Positions 1 to 8,537 of a stretch of DNA of 32,000 bases are shown piece after piece; position 1 is the stretch's first letter; each line of letters begins with the position of its first letter. This stretch comes from Thermoproteus tenax Kra 1. GTDB taxonomy: Archaea > Thermoproteota > Thermoprotei > Thermoproteales > Thermoproteaceae. The DNA is taken from contig NC_016070.1 in the NCBI RefSeq assembly GCF_000253055.1, positions 240,001 through 272,000 on the forward strand. The letters are read 5' to 3'. The position numbers were made by a program, and so were the translations under genes. The notes beneath the pieces were generated by a model. It had not been told where the DNA came from. It was given only the letters and a program-made list of their open reading frames with translations, and searched no databases.

Positions 1-25
1 ACACCTGCTGTTGGCGAAACAAATC

Positions 26-90
26 GCCGTAGTTTAGCGGTCAAGTTCGCGGGTTGCGGTCCCGCCGGCCCGGATTTAAATCCCTGCGGC
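26..90 (+). pseudogene. tRNA-like remnant with an Arg (GCG) anticodon arm; probably non-functional
   Basis: Acceptor pairing GCCGTAG/CTGCGGC (7 bp, one G-T). Perfect anticodon stem GCGGG/CCCGC around the 7-nt loop TTGCGGT (49-65). The element is only 65 nt, and the D stem and T arm (GGATTTAAATCC where a GGGTTCAAATCCC-type arm is expected) do not fold canonically. Confidence 0.4.
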
Positions 91-121
91 AATCCTTTCG
101 CTATTTCCTTCCTAGGGCTGG

Positions 122-135
122 CCATTAGCTAATGG
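122..135. repeat. Perfect 14-bp palindrome CCATTAGCTAATGG in an intergenic region
   Basis: Read directly; the sequence equals its own reverse complement. It lies between the tRNA-like remnant and the 3' end of the ABC operon. Confidence 0.9.
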
Positions 136-208
136 TGATCCACCCTGGGGTCTGGCGATCTGGGGGCGACCGGCGGCGGAGGATTCTTGTTACACGTCAC
201 AAAACGTG

Positions 209-961
209 TTATCCCGGCGGCTGTTGAGGAACTACTGCGGGAATTTCCCAAAGTATCTTCGTCTTGACGCCGTAGACGTCGTATATGACGTCTTCTCTAA
301 AGACGGCTTTTATAGGCCCCGCGGCGTATACCTCCCCGCGGGACATAAATATGGCGTAGTCGGCGTACCTCAGTGCCATGTTCAAATCGTGTAGAACAGC
401 CACCACAGTGACGTCGCTGGAGAGCTTCCTCAATAGCGAGGCCGCCTCCAGCTGGTGTCTCAGATCTAGGTTGTTGAAGGGCTCATCCAGCAGGAGGACC
501 CTCGGCTCCACCGCGAGTGCCCTAGCCAGGAGGACCAGCTGGAACTCGCCTCCGCTCAGCTCCTCCAGAAACCTATCCCTCAAGTGGCTGATCCCGACGC
601 GCTTGAGGGCATCCTCGGCGGCTCTGTAGTCCCCAGCGGTGGGGAAGAAGCGGAAGTAGGGCTTCCTAGAGCTCACCACCAGGTCGATGACCCTCAGCCG
701 GCCCCCCGGGGTGGCCCTCTGCGGGACGTAGCCCACCGTCCTATACAGCTCCTCCCTCCGCGGAATCCTCCCGTCGAAGTACACCGCCCCCCTCCTGGGC
801 TTTAGGACAGACGCCATGATCTTCATGAGGGTGCTTTTCCCAGCCCCGTTTGGCCCGAGCACCGCCGTAAAAGACCGCGGCGGGATCTCCACGGTGACCC
901 CCCTAAGCGCCGGCCGTGAAGGGTAGCTGAACTCAACCTCTTCTATCTTAATACTCACCAT
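209..961 (-). CDS. ABC transporter ATP-binding protein, iron-siderophore/cobalamin (FepC/BtuD-like) type
   Basis: Walker A GPNGAGKST, ABC signature LSGGE, Walker B LLLDEP and an H-loop LHDL. It overlaps the upstream permease gene by 14 nt. Confidence 0.95.
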   Translation of the reverse strand: MVSIKIEEVEFSYPSRPALRGVTVEIPPRSFTAVLGPNGAGKSTLMKIMASVLKPRRGAVYFDGRIPRREELYRTVGYVPQRATPGGRLRVIDLVVSSRKPYFRFFPTAGDYRAAEDALKRVGISHLRDRFLEELSGGEFQLVLLARALAVEPRVLLLDEPFNNLDLRHQLEAASLLRKLSSDVTVVAVLHDLNMALRYADYAIFMSRGEVYAAGPIKAVFREDVIYDVYGVKTKILWEIPAVVPQQPPG

Positions 962-1964
962 ACTTTCTCAGCCTAAAGAGCAGGGCCAGTATGAAGGCTG
1001 CCCCCACGAAGCTTAAAGTGATCCCCACCGGTATTATCACGGGAGGCTTCGCCACCCTCCCCACGATGTCTGCCCCCAGCACAAGGGCGGCGCCGGCCGC
1101 CGCGGAGGCGGGGATAAGCCTCGTGTGGCTTCCCCCCACCAGAAGCCTCGCTATATGCGGAGCCGCCAGGCCCACGAAGCCGATTACCCCCGTGAAGGAC
1201 ACCAACACCGCCACCGCCAGCGTCACGGCCACGAGGGTGGTCAACCTCAGCCTGGCGGGGTCCACCCCCGAGGTCTTCGCCACCTCTTCCCCCACGGCCA
1301 CCAGGTTGTACCCCGCCGAGTTGGCGAGGAAGTAGAGAGCTGAGGCGGCCGCCACGGCGAGAAGCATAAAGCTCTCCCAGTAGCTGGGCCTCCCCACGTC
1401 TCCAAACGTCCAGAAGACCACAGCCGCCGTCTGTATATCGTTGAGGTAGAGGTACTGGAGGAGGGCCAGCGCCGCCTGATACACGGAGGAGACCACCACC
1501 ATCGCCAGAACCACAGAGGCCACGCTGAAGCCGGTCAACGAGGCGAGGAAGAGCACGAGGAGGCCGTTCAAGAGGGCCGAGAGGAAGGCCAACCCCACGA
1601 CGAGGTAGGGGTTGGATATGTCCAACAGACCGCGCGTGACTGTCCCCGCCCCCGCCACCATCACCGCCACAGCCACGCCCAAGGCTGCCGCCTGGGGGAT
1701 CCCGAGGGTGAAGGGCGAGGCGAGGGGGTTCCTCAAAACCGCCTGTAGAGCGGCCCCCGCAACCGCAAGCGTAGCCCCCACAGCCACAGCCGTCACAGCC
1801 CTCGCTAGACGCATCTTCGCCACAAGCGCCTCAGTCCCAGATCCCCACAACGCCGCCTTAAGCACATCCAGAGGGCTGTAGTTGTACGCTCCAACTGAAA
1901 GCGAGGAGAGGAAAAGTGCCACCAAAACCCCAACCAACAGGAGATACGATGCTAAGACCCGCAT
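948..1964 (-). CDS. ABC transporter permease, FecCD/BtuC family
   Basis: 338-aa polytopic hydrophobic protein with typical FecCD-family length and composition. It is translationally coupled on both sides (13-14 nt overlaps) to the binding-protein and ATPase genes. Confidence 0.92.
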   Translation of the reverse strand: MRVLASYLLLVGVLVALFLSSLSVGAYNYSPLDVLKAALWGSGTEALVAKMRLARAVTAVAVGATLAVAGAALQAVLRNPLASPFTLGIPQAAALGVAVAVMVAGAGTVTRGLLDISNPYLVVGLAFLSALLNGLLVLFLASLTGFSVASVVLAMVVVSSVYQAALALLQYLYLNDIQTAAVVFWTFGDVGRPSYWESFMLLAVAAASALYFLANSAGYNLVAVGEEVAKTSGVDPARLRLTTLVAVTLAVAVLVSFTGVIGFVGLAAPHIARLLVGGSHTRLIPASAAAGAALVLGADIVGRVAKPPVIIPVGITLSFVGAAFILALLFRLRKYGEY

Positions 1965-3129
1965 TTGAACTCCGTCAGCTGTCTAAATCCTCCTTTGAAG
2001 TCTTTGGCTATTGTTGCGTAGAGGGGCGCGCCGAGGAACTCCCTGTAGATCTCGTTGGCCTTAGCCACAGGGTCCACATCCCTAAATGCGTCCGGATAAA
2101 GCACCTTACCCATATAGTAGGCATCAGCAAAAAGCGTAGCGATGTTGGTCCAGTAGTAGTTAAATGGCAATATCCCATACACCCTCCCCTCTCTAAAGGC
2201 CTTAAGAGCGCAGTACTTATCCCGGCTTTTGTTAAAGTCCTGTGCTACAAACATATAGTTCCCCAAGTCGATGAAGATCACGTCTGGCTGCTCTTTCAGA
2301 AGTGTCTCCCAGTCGATTTTGCCCCTGGCGGTATGCCGTAGTTGTCTGCGACGCCCGGCGTGTTCAACAAGACCAGCGGCGGGAAGTTCGCCATGGTGCT
2401 CTCGAAGGGTTGGCCGCCCTTGTAGGAGATTGCGCCTACGTACACCTTTGGCCTCTGGGTTATGTTGGCGGTGCGCCTATTGAGGTCTTGGATCAAACTC
2501 TCCATATATCTAATCAGCTCCTCAGCCCTCTCCTCTCTACCCAATACGATGCCTAACGTCCTCAGCGACTGGAAGAGAGTGGTGAAGTTCACCCCGCCTA
2601 CGGCGTTGCTGTACGAGACCACCACCACGGGTATGCCGGTTTCCTCCTGTACTTGGTCGGGGGAGTTGGCCAACACTGGAGACATAATGATTACATCGGG
2701 GCTCACCCTCATAATAGCCTCAAAGTTGACGGGGCTGTCAGGACCGCCCTGGCCGATCACCGGGAGCGAGGTGAGGTTTTTTGCCCAGAGGATGTAGCCG
2801 TAGTCTCTGCCTTGTGGTGGCCTTCTCTCTATCCCTTCTATCCCGGCTAGTTTGTCTGTGGCGTTGAGATATACCACGAGCCTAAGCGCCCCCGGCCCCA
2901 AGGCCACAACTCTAGATACAGGCACCTTCACAGATACCCGCCGTCCCAATGCATCCACCACCTCCACAGTACCGACGGAAGACGGCGTGGTCGTCGTGGT
3001 TGTGGCGGCCGTGGTTTGTGCCGTGGGTGTAGTCGTCCGTTGAATTGCTCCCGGCTGTTGGGAGAGGTAGTAGGCTGAAAGAGCTAGGATTACGAGTGCG
3101 GCGATGCCCAGATAAATGGTTTTCCTCAT
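1952..3129 (-). pseudogene. Periplasmic-binding-protein (PBP type 2, BtuF/FepB-like) lipoprotein-like gene interrupted by one frameshift
   Basis: ORF 2296..3129 encodes an N-terminal TM/signal, a Thr-rich linker and the N-lobe. In another frame the sequence continues ...KIDWETLLKEQPDVIFIDLGNY... into ORF 1952..2281 (C-lobe). The junction sits at an A4/G4 homopolymer context (plus-strand 2317-2325). A TATA-like CTTATTTAAGT (3147-3157) lies about 23 nt upstream of the ATG. Confidence 0.8.
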
Positions 3130-3151
3130 GGCCGTAGTATGTTATGCTTAT

Positions 3152-4045
3152 TTAAGTATTAACGGGTAGAGCGTATGGGGTGCCTAGGTCTCTGTGTAGC
3201 GCTAGGGAGATGTAGCGGCCTAGCTTGAGGTGGCGTATCGTCGGCTCTATGTTGAACTTCATGGAGGCCACAACATGCACACCTGTGCCCCTCAGCGCGT
3301 CTGGGTGTACTCCGGCTGTGGGGCCGGTCAGTATATTTACCCCCCGGGAGGCGGCCAATACGTCGTCTATTGTGAAGTTCAACAGGGTCATGCCTGTGAT
3401 TATGACCGTCTTGCAGCGGGGGAGGAGGATCCTCTCCTCCACCTCAGAGTATGCGCCGAATCTGAGGTGGGGCGACTTCTCGAATACGTAGACCTGGTGG
3501 CCTCTCCTTCTGAGGGACTCGGCGAGCGGCCCCATGTTGCCTACTAGACACACCGGGTCCCCCGCGTAGTACTTCATCAAGTCGCCCGGCTCCACAGGCC
3601 CCAAGTGGTACTGAGACACGGCGTTCATCATCGCCACACCCAATGTTCTGTTTATGGGATGTAGATCTACGACGAAGTCCGCCATCTCCTCCAGCGCGGG
3701 GGGCCTCGTGTCGCCGAGGTCGTGGAGGTCCTCCCTAGGTACGTGGGCGAAGCCCAGCGCCCTCCCCCGCGGCCCCTCAACCACCACATAGACGCCCGAG
3801 AGACACACGCAGTAGTCCACCACCTTAAGGCCCTCGGCCATCTGCGAGACGTACTCCGCCAGCCTCCTAACAAGCACGTAATACAAAAACACTGGCTTTA
3901 TAACCTCACCTCCAAACAGATTCACCAGCGCGGCGAGCTTTACGGCGTCTGCCGCCGCCGGCACAAGCCATAGGCCGAACAACGTGAGGGAGCTGTAGAT
4001 GTAGGCCGCCACGGGTCCCATAGCCTCTCTAAGCGGCCTTGGCAT
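3152..4045 (-). CDS. DUF4213/DUF364 (putative heavy-metal chelation, Rossmann-like) protein
   Basis: N-domain pattern VDYCVCLSGVYVVVEGPRGRALGFAH...NRTLGVAMMNAV. C-domain pattern VCLVGNMGPL...KTVIITGMTLLNFTIDDVL...VNILTGPTAG. This family commonly neighbours FecCD-type ABC operons. The start codon is uncertain. Confidence 0.7.
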   Translation of the reverse strand: MPRPLREAMGPVAAYIYSSLTLFGLWLVPAAADAVKLAALVNLFGGEVIKPVFLYYVLVRRLAEYVSQMAEGLKVVDYCVCLSGVYVVVEGPRGRALGFAHVPREDLHDLGDTRPPALEEMADFVVDLHPINRTLGVAMMNAVSQYHLGPVEPGDLMKYYAGDPVCLVGNMGPLAESLRRRGHQVYVFEKSPHLRFGAYSEVEERILLPRCKTVIITGMTLLNFTIDDVLAASRGVNILTGPTAGVHPDALRGTGVHVVASMKFNIEPTIRHLKLGRYISLALHRDLGTPYALPVNT

Positions 4046-4353
4046 CAGCGGCAGAGACTTCGCCTTTTGGGGGGGCTGTATCTGAAGCGCGACTGGCGCC
4101 CAAGGGACACAGTATACCTCGGCGGTTTACTGCCGCGGAGCTGAGGGCTTGGGCTTTAGGTTTTTTATGTTTGCTTTTGTTGATGTTTGGGCTGATGGAG
4201 ACTTACGCCGAGCATTGCGGCGCGATGCTGCTCTGGGGTCTCAGAGTTTTAACTTTGCCACTATATCGTCGGCCAATTTTACGGCGACCGCCGAGGTTGC
4301 GCGCGGAGACAGACGCGGGGAGAAAGTAAATAAGGGGGGACGGAGGGCCGGAT

Positions 4354-4488
4354 ATGTCCAAAGAGCTGGCGAAAAGGCTGAGAGACGCGGCGGACCTCCT
4401 GGAGTCCGCTGTAGAGGAGGGCGACTGCAAACTGGCGGAGGAGGCCTTGGACGAGCTGCGCACCATCGTCGACGAGCTAGAGGAGTGA
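4354..4488 (+). CDS. Small acidic helical protein (44 aa), unannotated in the ORF track
   Basis: ATG at 4354 encodes MSKELAKRLRDAADLLESAVEEGDCKLAEEALDELRTIVDELEE. Its TGA overlaps the dipeptidase ATG (TGATG, 4486-4490). A TATA-like GTAAATAAG (4326-4334) is centred about 24 nt upstream. Confidence 0.45.
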   Translation: MSKELAKRLRDAADLLESAVEEGDCKLAEEALDELRTIVDELEE

Positions 4489-5411
4489 TGTTTATTGATC
4501 TACACGAGGACATAGCCCACTATTTCCTCACCTCCCTCAGCCCCCAGCCCTTCGACGTAGACGCAGAGGGGAGACAGAGCGATCTGCCGAAGCTGAGGAG
4601 GGCCGGCGCAGACCTCGTGGTTGCGGCCGTCTTCCCCTTCGTCAACTCCTACAGCGGCTGGTCGCCGAACCTCCAGCTCGCGCTGGAGGGATTCAAGGTG
4701 TACTACTCTCTTTCCGATGCCCACGGCGTAAAGATAGTGGAGGGAAGAGGCGATCTGGCTGCGCCGGGGCTGAAGCTCCTCGTCTCGCTCGAGGGTGCCG
4801 ACGTCCTCTCCTCAGTCGACGACCTAAGGCTCTTCTTCAGGCTGGGGCTGCGGGCCCTGGGCCTGACGTGGAACCTCGGCAACAAATGGGGAGGGTCGTG
4901 CTGCGGGGGGAGGGACAGAGGCCTCTCCGAGGAGGGCTACGGCCTCGTGGAGGCCGCGCAGAGGATGGGGGTCTTGGTCGATCTGGCGCACGCCGGGGAG
5001 AGGACGGCCTTAGACGCGCTGGATGTCGCGAGGAGGCCTGTGGTAGTGAGCCACGCGAACGCCGCCGCAGTGCACAACCACAGGAGGAACGTCGGAGACG
5101 AGGTGCTCAAGAGGCTGCGCGACGTAGGCGGAGTTATAGGCCTCACCTTTATACCGTCTACGATATCCGCCGACCCGACCCCCAGAGATCTGGCGAAACA
5201 CGCGAGGTACATAAGGGACAAATTCGGCGCAGAGGTCCTGGCCGTAGGCACAGACTACCTCGGCATATCTACGGCGCCCCGGGGCTTGGAGTCGGTGGAC
5301 AAGATCTCCCGTCTGGCGGAGGCGCTGAGGGAGGCGGGCTTCAGCCGCGAGGAGGTGGAGGCAGTTATGTGGGCCAACGCAGCCAGAGTCCTCAGAGAGG
5401 CTCTGCCCTAG
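4488..5411 (+). CDS. Membrane (renal-type) dipeptidase, peptidase family M19
   Basis: MFIDLHEDIAHY (DxHxD-type metal site), LVSLEGAD, VDLAHAGE and PVVVSHANAAAVHNHRRNVGDEVL...GGVIGLTF match the M19 motif order. The upstream part of ORF 4149..5411 is R/G-rich and looks non-coding. Confidence 0.88.
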   Translation: MFIDLHEDIAHYFLTSLSPQPFDVDAEGRQSDLPKLRRAGADLVVAAVFPFVNSYSGWSPNLQLALEGFKVYYSLSDAHGVKIVEGRGDLAAPGLKLLVSLEGADVLSSVDDLRLFFRLGLRALGLTWNLGNKWGGSCCGGRDRGLSEEGYGLVEAAQRMGVLVDLAHAGERTALDALDVARRPVVVSHANAAAVHNHRRNVGDEVLKRLRDVGGVIGLTFIPSTISADPTPRDLAKHARYIRDKFGAEVLAVGTDYLGISTAPRGLESVDKISRLAEALREAGFSREEVEAVMWANAARVLREALP

Positions 5412-5599
5412 CTGGCCTCTGGGGGCCGGACCTGCGGCCTCGGGGCAAGAACGCCCCCTACCAGCTGGGCCCGGCCGGGGCGTGAATTGATCCGCATGGA
5501 GCTGGGGCAATGGAGGCGCCCGCTTGAGGCCTCCGCAGACGAGGCCGCCCAAAGGCGGGCCGGGCCCCAAAAGCTAAAAACTCACATCGCCGTTGAGCC

Positions 5600-5914
5600 G
5601 TGAGCGTGATAAACCCGGAGGACAAGGCGAGATTCGGCGAGGACTCCACGGCTCTCTTGGAGAGGAACGCGTTGAGGACGGCCCAACGCCTCCGCCTGCA
5701 GGCGTCAGTCGAGGAGCGGCGCATAAGGCTAGGCGGATTCGAGGCCGAGTGGGACGGCGCAGTGGCCCGCGCGGCGGGGAGGGAGATACCCATGGACGAG
5801 GCCTCTTGGAGGATCTTCAGAGCTATGCTCCTCTCGTATTTCGTCAACAACGGCCGGGAGCCCGACGAAAGGGCCCTGGAGGAGGCCTTGCGCGCGGCGC
5901 TAGGGTCTGACTGA
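5600..5914 (+). CDS. Hypothetical protein (104 aa)
   Basis: GTG start with a TATA-like AAAAGCTAAAAACT (5569-5582) centred about 24 nt upstream. Amino-acid composition is balanced, whereas the overlapping antisense ORF 5458..5949 is R/S/A-rich. Confidence 0.5.
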   Translation: MSVINPEDKARFGEDSTALLERNALRTAQRLRLQASVEERRIRLGGFEAEWDGAVARAAGREIPMDEASWRIFRAMLLSYFVNNGREPDERALEEALRAALGSD

Positions 5915-6790
5915 GTAGACTTTGGCGCTGCCCAACGCCTTAGCCTCAACTAGCCCGAGCCTCCTGAGCTCTCTGAGGGCGTGCTCCACAGTCCTTATTG
6001 GGAGCCCCGTGGCCTCGGCGATCGAGCGGGAGGTCAGAGGCCCCCTCTCCAGGAGCACTCTGTAGACGTAGCGCATAGACGGCGACATCTTGGCGTCTGG
6101 GCAGGGCCTAGAGGTCGGCGCAGGCTTGAGGAGCCTCGCGTAGGAGCCTACCCACACCCTCGCTGTCCCTCCCTCGAGCCTGACCCTAGTTCTGCCGTCA
6201 GCCACTATCTCGGGCGTATACCTGGCTCTAACCTCGGCTATCTCCACCGCCTTGGACGCAGGCACTATCACGGGGCTCCTCCTGGCCGTCGAATTGACGG
6301 GCACTATCTCAAGGACGTCGGCGTCGGGATCAATTAGGACGCCCCCGGCGGATCTTGCGTACGCTGAGGAGCCCAGCGGGGTCGAGATCAACACGCCGTC
6401 GGCGACGTCGTTGAAGAGGGCCGCTCCGTCGACCCTCACTGCGTACGACATAAGCGAGGCCGACCTCCTGGGAAATATGGCCACCTCGTTGACGGCCCTT
6501 ACGATGCGCCCGCCGCTCTCGGCGTGGAGCCTAGGAATTTTGAGCACTCTGCACTCCGAGCGCGAGAGCACCAGGGGGAGGAGGTCCTCCGAGGCGAAGG
6601 CGAGCTCGGCGTCCACGCCCCTCGGCGATATCCCTACGACGACCTCGTCCCTCTCCCTCAGAGCAGCCAGTATGTCTCTGTCTACCCCGTAGACCAACAG
6701 ATGGTCGGACCTTTCGTCGAGCTGGAGCCCTAGCCTTTTGGCCAGCCTCTGGGCCTCGGGCGTCAGCGCTTTGACTGAGCCGAGGCACAC
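5900..6790 (-). CDS. Divergent NAD kinase (PpnK/NadK family) fused to a C-terminal winged-helix DNA-binding domain
   Basis: Carries the NadK motifs NEV and DGVLISTPLGSSAYARSAGG. The GGDGT position reads YGVDRD. The last ~62 aa (5900..6088), MRYVYRVLLERGPLTSRSIAEATGLPIRTVEHALRELRRLGLVEAK, are TrmB/MarR-like wHTH. Confidence 0.8.
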   Translation of the reverse strand: MCLGSVKALTPEAQRLAKRLGLQLDERSDHLLVYGVDRDILAALRERDEVVVGISPRGVDAELAFASEDLLPLVLSRSECRVLKIPRLHAESGGRIVRAVNEVAIFPRRSASLMSYAVRVDGAALFNDVADGVLISTPLGSSAYARSAGGVLIDPDADVLEIVPVNSTARRSPVIVPASKAVEIAEVRARYTPEIVADGRTRVRLEGGTARVWVGSYARLLKPAPTSRPCPDAKMSPSMRYVYRVLLERGPLTSRSIAEATGLPIRTVEHALRELRRLGLVEAKALGSAKVYSVRP

Positions 6791-6815
6791 AATATTTTTC
6801 TATTATTTTTATTTC
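6791..6815. promoter_or_regulatory. Compact A/T-only bidirectional promoter spacer between the nadK-like gene and purB
   Basis: The 25-nt AATATTTTTCTATTATTTTTATTTC is the entire spacer between GTG (6790, minus) and ATG (6816, plus). It is the only A/T-rich sequence available to provide TATA boxes for either gene. Confidence 0.5.
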
Positions 6816-8027
6816 ATGGCCGTCTCACCGTTCGACTGGAGGTACGGCTCGCCGGAGCTCCGCCGTCTATTCTCTCAGGAGGGGCTCGTCGAGGCCTATC
6901 TTGAGGTCGAGAGAGCCCTGGTCTGTTCGCTGGAGGAGCTGGGCGTAGCCGAGAGGGGCTGTTGCGCGGCCGTGTCCAAGGTCACGGTCAGACCGGAGGA
7001 GGTCTACGAGCTCGAGAGGGAGACTAAGCACGACATACTGGCCCTCGTGAGGCTCCTTGAGGAGAGGAGCGGCTGTAGATATGTGCACTACGGCGCTACC
7101 TCAAACGACGTGATCGACACGGCGTGGGCCCTCCTCATCAAGAGGGCCCTCTCCCGAATCAAGGCCGAGGCGCGCGAGGTGGGCGGCGAGCTGCGGAGGC
7201 TTGCCGAGAAATACGCCGATCTCCCCCAGGTGGGTAGGACTCACGGGCAGTGGGCGGAGCCCGTGACTCTGGGCTTCAAGTTCGCCAACTATTACTACGA
7301 GCTACACATAGCGTGTAGAGCTCTGGAGGGCGCGGCCGAGCTGATCAGAGGGAAGCTGGGGGGAGCCGTGGGCACTATGGCCTCTTGGGGCAAGGCGGGC
7401 CTGAAGCTGAGGGAGCTCGTGGGCGCGAGGCTCGGCATCTCCTTCCACCCCATATCTACGCAAGTGGCGCCCAGGGAGAGCTTCGCCTACCTCGCCTCCG
7501 CCCTCTCTCTGTTGGCCGAAGTGGGCGAGAGGCTGGCCACTGAGATCAGAGAGCTCTCCAGGCCCGAGATCGGCGAAGTCTATGAGGTCGGAGGCGGCGG
7601 ATCTTCGGCGATGCCCCACAAGGCCAATCCCACAAACAGCGAGAGGGTAGTGAGCTTGGCCAGATACGTCAGAGCTCTGACCATTGTGGCGCACGAGAAC
7701 GTGGCTCTGTGGCACGAGAGGGATCTGACGAACTCGGCCAACGAGAGGATATGGATCCCAGAGGCCCTTCTGGCAGTCGACGAAATTCTGTCCACCCTGG
7801 CCCGCGTATTGAGGAGCCTCAGAGTGGACGAGGAGAGGATAAGGCGGAACTTGGAGGCCGCCCTCCCCATCATCACAAGCGAGTTCAAAATGTTGGAGCT
7901 CATAAGGGCTGGGAGGAGCAGATCGGAGGCCTACGAGGCCGCCAGAGCCGGGGGCGCCGGGGAGCTCCCGAGGGACTGGCCCGTCAGAGAACTTATCGAC
8001 GCCGCGCTCTCGCTCCCGCTCTGTTAG
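6816..8027 (+). CDS. purB: Adenylosuccinate lyase
   Basis: N-terminus MAVSPFDWRYGSPELRRLFS, fumarate-lyase signature GSSAMPHKANP, and 403 aa from the ATG at 6816. The upstream part of ORF 6738.. overlaps the divergent gene and is not needed. Confidence 0.95.
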   Translation: MAVSPFDWRYGSPELRRLFSQEGLVEAYLEVERALVCSLEELGVAERGCCAAVSKVTVRPEEVYELERETKHDILALVRLLEERSGCRYVHYGATSNDVIDTAWALLIKRALSRIKAEAREVGGELRRLAEKYADLPQVGRTHGQWAEPVTLGFKFANYYYELHIACRALEGAAELIRGKLGGAVGTMASWGKAGLKLRELVGARLGISFHPISTQVAPRESFAYLASALSLLAEVGERLATEIRELSRPEIGEVYEVGGGGSSAMPHKANPTNSERVVSLARYVRALTIVAHENVALWHERDLTNSANERIWIPEALLAVDEILSTLARVLRSLRVDEERIRRNLEAALPIITSEFKMLELIRAGRSRSEAYEAARAGGAGELPRDWPVRELIDAALSLPLC

Positions 8028-8063
8028 AGGGCGAAGAATATTAACCCCCAGCGCAGCCTCTAC

Positions 8064-8537
8064 ATGGAGTTGGACGGAGAGATTGAGAGGTGGCTCAAGG
8101 GGCTGGGCTTAAAGATAGTTGTGCCGCCCAATGCGCCTGAGCCCTTCCATATTTCTACGTCTCCGCCGACCGGCGTGCCCATAGTCGACGTCGTGAGGCC
8201 CAAGGACGCCGAATACTACGTCATAGCCATGGGCATAGCGATACACCCCGACCACAAGAGGGCGCTCTCCTCTATGAAGGAGCAAGACAGGAGGAGGTTC
8301 CTCCTGGAGCTGAAGCGGGCGGTCTTGGCCATGGGAGTGGACTTCGCCTTCATTCCGCCCGACGCAGAGGTGCCCGACTTCGTCCAGATATCCAAGCCGG
8401 TCCCCACAGCGGGGCTCGACGCGCGGAGCTTCCTGGAGGAGTACTACAGAGTGAGGAACGCCGGCCTCATCGTGATGGTGAGCTTCGCCGACACCTTCAG
8501 GCCCGGCAAGGGGCCTCAACAGTCGCTCTATGCTTAA
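8064..8537 (+). CDS. Hypothetical cytoplasmic protein (157 aa), possibly DUF2299/YbjN-like
   Basis: Clean ORF with a TATA-like GAATATTAAC (8036-8045) about 24 nt upstream of the ATG. The family call is from memory only. Confidence 0.55.
   Translation: MELDGEIERWLKGLGLKIVVPPNAPEPFHISTSPPTGVPIVDVVRPKDAEYYVIAMGIAIHPDHKRALSSMKEQDRRRFLLELKRAVLAMGVDFAFIPPDAEVPDFVQISKPVPTAGLDARSFLEEYYRVRNAGLIVMVSFADTFRPGKGPQQSLYA

Noticed and set aside
4046-4353. A 308-nt spacer checked for a C/D-box sRNA or other ncRNA (TGATG-like and CTGA words are present).
   Set aside because: There are no canonical RUGAUGA...CUGA pairs at sRNA spacing and no convincing terminal stem. It cannot be excluded without covariance-model searches.
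4149-4487. Upstream 113 aa of the 420-aa ORF that contains the dipeptidase.
   Set aside because: It is R/G-rich and low-complexity with no M19 similarity. The M19 homology begins exactly at the MFIDLHED Met (4488).
5496-5603. 35-aa ORF (MELGQWRRPLEAS...) in the spacer after the dipeptidase gene.
   Set aside because: It has no promoter-like box at the right distance and an R/A/P-rich composition. It also overlaps the better-supported promoter and start of the 5600 gene.
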